From positions 2,170,001-2,234,000 of the forward strand of contig OZ193909.1 in the NCBI GenBank assembly GCA_964276515.1: a stretch of DNA of 64,000 nucleotides, written 5' to 3'. This DNA is from Gordius albopunctatus (Eukaryota). The position numbers were made by a program, and so were the translations under genes. Below are positions 38,040-64,000 of the stretch, in pieces; positions within the stretch are counted from its first letter, which is position 1; each line of letters starts with the position of its first letter. The notes beneath the pieces are model-generated. The model was given only the letters and a program-made list of their open reading frames with translations. It was not told the DNA's origin and searched no databases.

Positions 38040-39305
38040 ATATCAGAAGATTGTTATGTTTGAACTCATGGTACACTGCTTGTCACATTTAGTGGTAAAC
38101 TCCTTCAGGTAGTCTCTCCATGTATTCCTGCACTTACACCAGCTTCGCTTTAGCTAGTACCTTGTCAAGTCCATATCTATTTTATGTTTCCATGCCATTT
38201 TAGGCCTCCCTCTCTTTCGCCTACTCTCGACTTTTACTTTCTTGTCATTTTTAGCTTTCACATACGCCAATCATGTTTCTTTATTTATGTTTCTTGACCA
38301 TAGTTTTTAAGATTTCTTTTCAACTTGACTAGGCGTTGCACGTCTTCGTTCCATCACCATGTATCATTATCAGTTTGTATACCTGGTTTGCCTTCTCCTA
38401 GAACACATCTCGCTATTGATCGTACCGTGTTAGCTATATTATTCCGCACATCAATAGCATTCTTCTGATCATCTATTTACAGCCGTTCAATTATTTGATC
38501 ACTGTAAATATCTTTCAATTTTGGTAGCCAAAACCATTTGAATTTCCCATTTTATCTCTTCGGCTTTTGTGTTTTCGCCTTGGAGATCGTATAGTCCATC
38601 CCATCAAGTCTATGCTAGGCTGCAATAGCCTCACTTGATATAACCTTAAAATCGCGTACATTCTTTAGTTCAATTGTAAGAGGAAGTCAATCTGGGAAGA
38701 CCGATTCCTACTTTTCTACGTTATTAAGTTATTTACATTATTTTTAAAGAAGGTATTTGGGATGTCCAAATCAAATGCTACGGCTATTTTAAATATTTCG
38801 TAGTCTTCATCGTTTCTCGGTCCGTATCTATTTCCACCTTGGTATCGTTTAAATCCTTCTCTTATTTTGTCTACGTGACCGTTCATATATGCTCCAATTG
38901 TAACTATCTCGGCTCAGGATATCATGCGCAGCGTCTCGTCTAATTCTTCCCGAAAGTACTCTTTTTCTTCATCTGGTTTGAGCATATCCGGACACTGCAT
39001 TAATCATTTGACCTTCTATGCATAGTTTCAACATCATGAGGCGCCCACTTTTTCTTCATACCTCAATGACTTTATCTTGCAGATGGAGGCTAGTACGATT
39101 GCCACGCCATTTTTATTCGTTTCAAGGCCATTGGAGTAAAGTTTATAGCCCTCACCAATCATCCTTGCTTTAGCACCTTTCCATCTTGTTTCTTGTATAC
39201 ATGCTATATCAACCCGTTGCTTGCTAAGGGTGTCAGCAACTTCTCAGCATTTTGCAGTCATCGTTCCAAAATTTAGCGAGCCCACTCTCAATCTTGTCCC
39301 TAGCA
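38040..39305 (-). mobile_element. RTE LINE fragment (AP endonuclease region), decayed
   Basis: Minus-strand translation gives LRVGSLNFGTMTAK, IACIQETRWKGAKARMIGEGYKLYSNG, NKNGVAI and MNGHV, with multiple stops and frameshifts. Confidence 0.85.
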
Positions 39306-39361
39306 AACTAGTTTCTTTATTAATCTTCATAGATTTCCTAACTTTGTCGACTTGCCCTTTC

Positions 39362-40807
39362 TAGTGTTTCGATCTCGTCTCGGTCTCGAAAACAAAATCT
39401 CGTCTCGTCTCGGGAGCGATTATAAAAATCTCGATCTCGTCTCGTCTCGGTATAGAAAAATCTCAATCTCGTCTCGACTTTAAAAAAAATATACATAATA
39501 AAAATTTCTCTTGTTTTATTAAAAATATTAAATAAGTGCTAAAAAACAAAAATATCAAACTTTTTTATTTTTTTTGAAAAGCTTTAATTCACAAACTTTT
39601 AAAGATTTAGCGGGACAAGACATCTCATTGAAAATATCATGGTATAAATTAATTCATAAAGATAACATTATTCGTGGAAAGTGCAGACTAAAAAAACTAT
39701 ATATAAATTAAAAGTATAGAAAATTAAATTTTATTTTTCTAGCAAATCATAACATTTTTATCAAATTCACTGTGTTTGTAAACTAGAAATGGACTTAGAA
39801 AATTATAAGTTCGCTTATAGTTGACTTAGTTACATAATTGAGCAAATTGAGATCCTTTATTAGCCCTGCTTAAGCTTCAAATAGACGATATCACCATCAT
39901 CAATTATTGCTCTGTTTATTGCATGTTTACTAAAACGTTATAAACCACAAAGTGCGAGTGCTCGTATTTAATTTTATGATTAAATTCATTAAAATCAAAT
40001 TTGTTTTCTAATTAATTACCTTACAATCTAACTAACTTTGCCGTTAAATAGTAATTTATCTAGTACAATAGGGGTTCGTGTATTTATTTTGTATTGCACA
40101 ATTATAGAAATTAAATCTTATAATGTGAAAAGTAATGCATATGAAAAAAAATATTGCAAAAATCTGCGAGGTATACTATTAGTTAAAGCACAAAGACTTC
40201 TAGAAAACTCATAATTTAAGATTTAATCTATTAGGGTGTCATTAAATACTATATTGTACTTTTGGAATCGTTAGGCGGGTGCTCAAAAATCTCGAGCCAC
40301 CTTAGCTTAATTTGTTTAATTATTCAAACTAAGTGACCACTAATTTATAATTACCGCATCATGCAGGATGAGTAACTGCGAAATTCAAATATGCTTTAGT
40401 AGTATTTACTATTCCATTAGAACTCATTCTAAGCCTAAAACTTGAAATATTTAATAATGCTATTAATACAAATATGTGATAAATATATTATAAAATTATT
40501 CACATACCCTAAGAGTCAACCATACTTAGGTACATGATTATAAAATTTTAACATTTTTGCAAAAATATATAATATTATTATATTACACTTAGAAATTTTT
40601 TTATATCAAATATATTCCATACATATTGATATACACTTAATACCTTAAATATAAATCATGCAAATTAAAATACACAATAATTTACTAAAATCTAACGATC
40701 AATAAAAAGTCGAGATCTCGCCGAAAAAATCTCGTATCGTCTCGTCTCGGCATTAAAATTCTCGTCTCATCGAGTCCAAGATTTTTCTCGGTTTTTCCGC
40801 ATCACTA
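39362..40807 (+). mobile_element. Non-autonomous hAT-like element inserted in the RTE 3' end
   Basis: Perfect 8-bp TSD GCCCTTTC (39354-39361, 40808-40815) and imperfect TIR TAGTGTTTCG / CGCATCACTA, with (TCTCG)n subterminal arrays. Removing it restores the RTE sequence seen intact at about 23090-23150. Confidence 0.9.
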
Positions 40808-42938
40808 GCCCTTTCCACGTGACCCGGGGTCGTCCTCTTACTTTCTTCCCCGGTACTTGCATGTCCAGTACATTACACCGGATATACCTCGCCATTTTTA
40901 AGCCATTCCTTTTGAATACGGCATTGACTTCTGATGCTCAATCTCTCTTGATGCAACATCGAACCGATGTATGTAAGGCTGTCTGGTTATTGGTTTGGGT
41001 ACTTTAGATAGTCATCTAGCGGTGGGGTGCCTGTAACGTTCATCTAAATGTATACCATTTTTCGGTTGTTTAGCTAAGCGCTTTGACCACTTTTTGCCTT
41101 CTTCGAATACTTTATCCTTTGTCTCTACGCATAGTAACTATATTATCAACATATAGCATACACACCATCGGGATGGCTTTTGAATGTCTCTCGTGAAGTA
41201 ACTTAGAGCAGATCCTTGATGTAATCCAATTTCAAAACGAAAAGGCTTAGAGTCTACAACTGTCGTCCTAACGCACGAATTTGATGCTCCCTTTTTCATA
41301 AAGCCGTATGTATGCGTAAGGAATATTATTTTTTCCCAAGCACCACCATATTAAATCGCAAGGAACTGTGTCATGAGCTTTCTCCAAGTCAATAAAGAAC
41401 ATAAGTAGGTCTTTTTTCTTTTCACCATATTTATACATCATTTGTCTTAGTGCGTGGGTCGATTATGGATTTGCCGGCCACAAATCCGAAGTGATTAGCC
41501 GATATTTCCACCTAGTTTTTCAGTCTTGTTACTAAGATCCTTTCCATAAGCTTTAAGGAGTAGCAAGTTAGTTTAATGCCTCATTAATTGCCACACTCCT
41601 AAATCCTTTGCCTTTGAATAAGGGTATAATTGGGCTTGCCCTCCAATGTTAGGAATTCGATCTTCTACCAATATCTTGTTAAATAAGTTTGTCATGGTCG
41701 TGACTCCTTCTTTAGGACACCCATGCTTCCATGGATATTCCATAAGGGCCAATAGCTTTTACTTTTATATCTTGTTCATTTGTGTCCTAACTTCATCCTC
41801 CAGAAAGAGTTCGACCCTACTTATGTTTGGCTCAATATCGAGAAGGGAATCTATGTCATTTGCAATGTTCATAAGTTCCTTGATATATCGTTTTCACCTT
41901 TTCATCACTCCATTCTTAAATAAGTTTTGACCGTTCTCGTTTTTAACTATTTTAAGGACTCCGATATCTCGACTTTCCTTCTCCCTTATCTTGGCATCAA
42001 ACAATTTGGTACTGAAATCGCCTTTTTCGCCGCTCTCTTTGCCTCCCTATACTCTTGATATTCCTCCAACTTTTTGTTTATTCCACCGTCTTTATAAATT
42101 TTTTTTCTTTCGATAAAATCCTTAATTGATCCCACCACCATAGTTTACTATAGAGCTTTGCCTACTTTGGTCTGTCCTAGAACTCTAATCGCTGTTTCCT
42201 TTATGTATTTAGTTAGCGTCTCCCAATCTTCGTTTACGTCCCTTTGTAATTTATTGGCACCCAAGAGTGAGGAGGCATTTTGATGATATTTATCGTTCGT
42301 TGATGTATTCTTTACCGTTTTGTATCGAATTAGAGGTTCATAAACCCTTCTTATTTCGGAAAATATTTTTTCCCAAAATTCCTCGCAAGTGGACGATGTT
42401 TTCCGACAATTTATTCTCCAGCTATTAATTTTCAATCTTTGATACTAAGTACTTTCGCCGCATGAGCAGATAGTCAAATTGACTAAAATGATTCCCACTT
42501 CTATAAGTGTTAACGATCATCATGCCGGATACTTGAGATACTTGAAAAAGTTTTTCCTCTTCTTTGTTCTTTAAATCATGTCCATAATCTCCATGATTTT
42601 GCTCATACCCGATTATAATTGGCCTCTATTCCATGTATTTACTTTTCCAATGACTCAAAGTATATGTCTTTCTCTGATTCCACACACCCAATTTGGGGGG
42701 GGAGGGGCATGCGCGCACATAACGGTTATGAGACCCCTTGATCTGCATCTTCACCCCTATTAGCTTTTCAGATCAACGCTTGACGTCCACCACCTTGTTC
42801 TTTAATACCGACCCCGTTTCTACGATTTGGTGGCCCACTGTAGAGTAGTTTGTATCCTTCTCCTAACCCCGACCTTTGGTTTCGTTCCACATCGTCTCTT
42901 GTAGGCAGGCGATGTGTACCTATCTTCTTTTTAGCATC
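40808..42938 (-). mobile_element. RTE LINE (EN + RT), decayed; continues at 39310-39361
   Basis: Minus-strand motifs include HIACLQETMW (about 42890-42920), NHFGFVAGKS, FFIDLEKA, GLHQGSALS, MLYVDNI (degenerate YADD) and GRPRVTW, with many stops. Confidence 0.9.
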
Positions 42939-43874
42939 CATATTTAATTTTTGTTAGAATATTTCGATAACATTTTTTATACATTTTTTAATGACTAATC
43001 GTGTGCCATTACACAGCCGTGGTGGGTTTAAATTACGAAGCAAAATTACTGGAGATCCAACCTTCAATTGTAAAAGGTGCGGTGGCATGCCTGACAAATC
43101 CAATGAATTCAAAAACTCAATTGGATAATTTACAGCTTCGCTAGAATCGCAAACTGTATCGACAGATTTGTATGACACCAAGTCACCTGGCAACAACTGT
43201 TGTATCTTGGAATTTAAACCATTGACGTCCACATTTTTTGCTGACAATATTGCTCTTTCGGACCAGGCAAGATTTTTGTATTGTATATATTATATGTGGT
43301 CGATGAGAGTATTTTGCGAGTCAACGATTGTGCGGAAATTCGACGGTATTTTTATGCATCGAGTATTTTCATACAGAGTAACCTTTCCATCACCAATATC
43401 CAACAGTTGTTTTGAGAATGCTTCAGCGGATGGATCTTTAAGCATATGAACGCGCATGTTTAATTTCAGTTCTAATTTTTCAACATTACGCCACAGTGAC
43501 GGATTTTAAGCTAGCGTTGATCTCATCAGCGTGCGTTGAAGGTGGAATGACGGGAAGTGTCTGTCTGAAATCACTTGAAGAGAGTAACAGAGTGCCGCCA
43601 AATAGTTTGTCGTTGTTTTTTATATCCTTCAATGTCCTGTCCAATGCCTCAAGGGAATGTTTGTGTGCCATAGTACATTCATCCCAGATGATAACTATAC
43701 ACCGTTTGTGTACTGTGGCCATGAACGATTCTTTTGTTATGTTGCACAGTGCCCTTGGGTTCCTTTGGATAATCAGTGGCAGCTTAAATGCAGGTAATTC
43801 ATTGTGCTCATTCAACAGAGCGTCCAGCTCGCTGACGATGCGCCTGACAAAAGGTGAATCGAGGTTGTTGTAGC

Positions 43875-44077
43875 TAGAGTTGTTAAATTGCTAACTTTCT
43901 TGAAAATCCAGACGCGAGCACGCACACTGAGTTGCTTAATATGCGCGTTAGCAAAATGTGTGCTCGCTGTTCGGAGCACAGGGTAGAACATTAGCATATA
44001 AAAATGCTCGAGGACTGAGCAGAAACTCGAGCAGATGGTAGCTGGAGTTTAAGAAAGTTAGCAATTTAACAACTCTA
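43875..44077 (-). mobile_element. MITE family A copy inserted in Helitron
   Basis: TIRs intact. Perfect TSD GTTGTAGC (43867-43874, 44078-44085). Confidence 0.95.
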
Positions 44078-44085
44078 GTTGTAGC

Positions 44086-46069
44086 TAGAGACCTGCACGG
44101 GCGGCCCGAGGCCCGGAAAAGCCAGGGCCGGCCCCGGGCCCTAAATTTTGAGGCTCTAAAATTCCGGGCTGGACTGGGCCTAATTTATAAATAATAGGCC
44201 AGGCCCGGAATAATTTAGAGGTAGTAGCCTAAGTAGTCTTTGATTCTATTTAAAAAATATATTTCAAAAAAATTAATTAATTACAAGTTATTTCATCTGT
44301 TAAACATTCATTCATTTCGCGCTTTTTTCAATATAATACCAACAATTGAGTATGGAACAAAGAAGAAAACTACTGCAAATGGCTAAATATATCCAGAAAG
44401 ATTTTTATAAGGTAAAAGAAAATCTTAGGGGGAAGAGTGAAGTATGGAAAAGATTCCTTTTTGTCTATGACAATATGGGTATGAAGATAGATTATGTTTT
44501 CTGCAAAGCTTGCAAGAATGTATTATCTAATAATCCTTGCCAATCAGGTATTTATTAATGTTAGTTTTGATAATGCTTAATAGGGAACACTCATACCCAA
44601 AAGCATAAATGCTCTAAAGAAGTTTAGGAAAATAAAATTGGACAATTGCTTATGCAAGCCATCTTCAACAAATCTTAAAGACCCTGCAAAAATTAAAAAA
44701 GATCTCATATCCTTAATAGCCCATTTTTGTGGAATGGATATGAGATCTTTCAATACAATTCATGATCATGGCGATGGGTTTATACAATTAGCCCAGCATT
44801 TAATCAGATTGATTTCTATATATGGTAATATTGATGCTAAGGATATTATGCCATGTCCAACAACTATATCCAGACATATGGTTCAAACTATGGAACATGA
44901 GAGAAATAATTACCTAGAGCAAAATCATCCTATTATCTATTAGAGTATGACTCTCTGCCAAAGTCTTATTGTAGATATGAAACGGACAGGTAAAAAAACA
45001 TAGAATTATATTTATTAGGTTGGTAAATAAACTGACTCAAGGCCTAAATTTGTGTGTGGAAACAAGATGGAATAGCCGTCTTCGAATGTTTGAAACATTT
45101 CTCAATGTTTAGAGTGAATTGAAAAGTGTTTTTGAAGGGTCGACACTTCTTGTGAAATTTAATGACATCAATAAATATATTGTGGAGGAGCTTGTAACCT
45201 TTTTGAAGGTTTTCAAAATTGCAAGTAACGATCTAGAGGCAGATCTAAAACCAACTTTGCATCTAGTTGGTTTGTATTATTATAAATTGGAAAAAGAGTT
45301 GGAGTCATACATCAAAAAAATACAACGATGCAAATTTTAGCATCCCGATGTCTATAATTTTTACACACCAAGTTTACCCTGGATATAAATCATAAAATAG
45401 AAATATTTTTATGTCCACAATTTAAAAGTTTGAAAAATTTGGCCCCATCTGATTTTAACATGATATGGCAAGTAGTTAAAAACCTAGTTTCTAGGGATGG
45501 GGGCCATTCATTACAATCACAATTAACTGGTGTCAGTTCAAGGTAACTAAATAATTCTCAAAATATAATATTTATAACTAGGTGGTGATGGTGAATCGTT
45601 TCAAGACTTTAGTACGTGGCATGAAACATCTTGGAGAATGAAGTTGACAATTACATAAAGTTAAAGATCAATGAGAAAAATATAGAGTTATTGGAATGGT
45701 GGAAAGAACACAGTTGCCAATTTCCAGCGCTTAGCTGCCTTGCTTGTAAGATTTTTTCTCATCTGCCTCGAGTGAGATAAGTTTTTCGTCCGCGGGTCGC
45801 ATTTTTGAAGAGCGGAGAACAAATTTAAACTCGGAGATTTTTAATGCTTGTATTTTTATTATCGATTTATAATTTTATTATGTGCGTTTTATTATTTAAT
45901 AAATAATTTTAACAAAATTGCGTTTGATTTAGATTTTAGCATTTATTACAATTCCGGGCCCGGGCCTTATTTTTTAAGATTCTAAAATTCGGACCCGGGA
46001 TTATTCCCCATTTTAAATTTCGGGTCCGGGCCGGCCGGGCCTTAAAAAAATTGATTTTGCAGGTCTCTA
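44086..46069 (+). mobile_element. hAT transposon (hobo/Hermes-like), decayed transposase; family D TIRs
   Basis: TIR TAGAGACCTGCA / TGCAGGTCTCTA with TSD GTTGTAGC. It encodes BED KSEVWKRF..CKAC, Hermes-type DBD DMRSFNTI..GDGFIQLAQ..PCPTTISR, TRWNS and hATC LLEWWKEH..FPALSCLA..FSSAGRIFEERRTNL, with frameshifts. Confidence 0.93.
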
Positions 46070-46413
46070 GTTGTAGCCGCAAAGTGCATCCATGCGATTA
46101 GCGAGTAACCCACTTTGTGGAAAATCTGGCCTTTTATTTTTAACGCTGAATTAAATTGTTGACCGTTTGTAGCTTATTTTGAACTATTTCTGTTGCTCCG
46201 AACGATTGCATTTCGAAGCATGAATCGAATGTGCGAATTGCCTTCGGGAGGCTAGAATCAGGATCTGTACCGATAAATAAATTGTGCAATGGTTCAGGTG
46301 GTGTTTCAATCTCCGTTAGTCGAACTTTTCCTGATGCGCAACACATCCCGGCTGACTCATTTTTATATTTAAATGCAAGACAATGCGAACATACCTTGCT
46401 CATAGTACCAATT

Positions 46414-46660
46414 ATAGACCTGCAACGGGCCTGTTTAAGTCAATCGGCCCGCCCGTTATAAAACTTTGCAAGTCCCGGCCCGGCCCGTTAATTTTATACG
46501 AAGCCCGAGTCCCGTAAAAAAGTTTTTAGATTGTTATTTTTTTACCTTTTAAGTTTGAAAAATATATATATTGTTAAAATGTTAATGATAATTATGTAAA
46601 AATAATAAATTATTAATAATTTTCGGTCATACGGGTTCCTCATTCTTTAAAGAGGCGACC
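46414..46660 (-). mobile_element. Truncated family D hAT end abutting the Helitron fragment
   Basis: TAGACCTGCAACGGGCC...GGCCCGGCCCG is similar to 36550-36875. Confidence 0.7.
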
Positions 46661-47166
46661 TCCAAGTAAAAAATTTCTTTCACTAGTTGGACCTGTAGTC
46701 GGAATATACAAAACCATACATTACAAATAAAATACTTTTAAAAACATTAAGGTTACGTTTTTGATAAAGTTACTTGACTTCTTTGGTTTTTCATTATTTT
46801 AAATCTTTTAGTTTTGTCGTTTATGTGAATATGTGAAAGTAGAATAATTTAATTTAGTATAACTTGTATTTCTAAAGATTATATTATTGCTGTAATTATG
46901 TTTAAATATTGTAAGTCAACCCGAGTTGGTAAAAAATATATGTTTTTGTAGATGTAACTGTGTGTACTTTCTCTTTTTCTTTGTTCGCCTTCTGTCTTCT
47001 TTGCCTTGCAACACGCAATTCATCATAAATCCTTGTCTTATAAGCAATTACTTAAATACTTTCTAGTTTTGTAAAAAGCCACTATCACCTCTCAGGTTTT
47101 AACTAGCCATGTTGTGGTCCTGGCCCATTTGTAGAAGTTTGCTCCATTCATTGTTCATACCGTGCC

Positions 47167-47491
47167 TAGAGTCTGCAAGATGATGTTTATTTGGCCCGAG
47201 CCCGTCCCCACATTTTTTTTATTTTACTCGAGCCCAAAAATTTTCTTACTCAGACCTCAGGCCCCATCCGATTTTTTTGAAATGTAAGCTTATTAAAAAA
47301 TTATTCAAAATATACACCCGCACATCTCATTTAACATAAAAATATTGTCTCCTCTAACTAGCCTACTCAAAAAAGGAATTAGTAAAGATTAAAAAATCGT
47401 TTAGCTAGATTTTGCCTGGGGCCTCGGGTCGACTTGACCCATTAGGCCCGACCCGAGCCCACATCCGATTAAATTCTAGTTTTTGGCTCTA
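47167..47491. mobile_element. hAT-type MITE inserted in a LINE 3' end remnant
   Basis: Ends TAGAG.../...CTCTA with TSD ACCGTGCC/ACTGTGCC and GGCCCGAGCCC motifs. The flanks read on minus as an RTE-like C-terminus (EGKRSLRVTNQIIDDLG..NEWSKLL). Confidence 0.7.
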
Positions 47492-47906
47492 ACTGTGCCT
47501 AAGTCATCGATAATTTGGTTCGTAACCCTTAACGATCTTTTCCCCTCTGCCCTAATAATTTTTCCCTCCTGTCGTATTTTCTATATAGAGCCCTTTTATA
47601 ATGATTGAAAAATCATAAAACCTCCCCCAAAAATTTCTACCCTCATTTCACGTCGTCTCTTTCGCACTCATATAAACTCACCTTAGGTTTAGTAAGTATA
47701 CACATCATGCAATTCCATGCAGTTTTTTCTGAACAAATTACATTCTCAAATATAAAGTTACTACTCAGATGAAATTTTTGAAGGCTAAATAATCTACATA
47801 CTCAAAAAGTAATTTAGACGGTAATCTAGGAAACTATTGATAACTATTAGTTGGACAACGTAAAGTTCCAAAATTGTATGGAAATAAAAAGGAGCGTAAT
47901 CTTTTG

Positions 47907-63883
<15,977 letters not shown>

Positions 63884-64000
63884 GTTTTTCAGCTGATATC
63901 AAAATTTTTGATAATGTGCAAATTGGTCAAATATTACAGGAATTAAAATCGAATTTGTGGCCAGTATGAAACATGCATATTTAAATGTTATAAAATATTG

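Larger units (their letters stand above)
42945..46412 (-). mobile_element. Helitron RepHel remnant (PIF1 helicase + N-terminal Rep-associated part), interrupted by two hAT elements
   Basis: Helicase motifs IIWDECTMAHKHSLEALDRTL..FGG..DFRQTLPV and EFLNSL..GMPPH.L.LKVGSPVILLRNLNPPRLCNGTRL, plus N-terminal MSKVCSHCLAFKYKNESAGMCCASGKV and KIKGQIFH. The Rep catalytic region is deleted at about 43795. Confidence 0.9.

Overview
AT-rich, intron-containing animal (protostome-like invertebrate) genomic DNA, not prokaryotic. There are three host genes, all on the minus strand: (1) the large first coding exon (TM1-TM5) of a leucokinin/kinin-type neuropeptide GPCR at 5493-6536, with a very long ECL2; (2) a complete 16-exon long-chain acyl-CoA synthetase (ACSL1/5/6 type, about 699 aa) at 15858-29304; (3) a 16-exon DDX5/DDX17 (Dbp2/Rm62)-like DEAD-box helicase at 47907-63883, with a C-terminal low-complexity/RS extension of about 700 aa. 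The rest is dense transposon landscape. It holds three decayed hAT transposase elements with intact TIRs and 8-bp TSDs, at least four hAT-type MITE families, RTE LINEs, an RLE (CRE-like) non-LTR 3' end, a Helitron remnant, a Helentron/DINE-1-like element with internal tandem repeats, and a 730-bp foldback. The most notable items are a minimal type I hammerhead ribozyme with an intact core (20679-20721, antisense in an ACSL intron), two different hAT elements stacked on one triplicated 8-bp target (43867-46077), and the satellite-bearing HINE with Pol III B-box motifs. Exon boundaries were derived by hand from GT-AG sites and frame continuity. No database searches were run.
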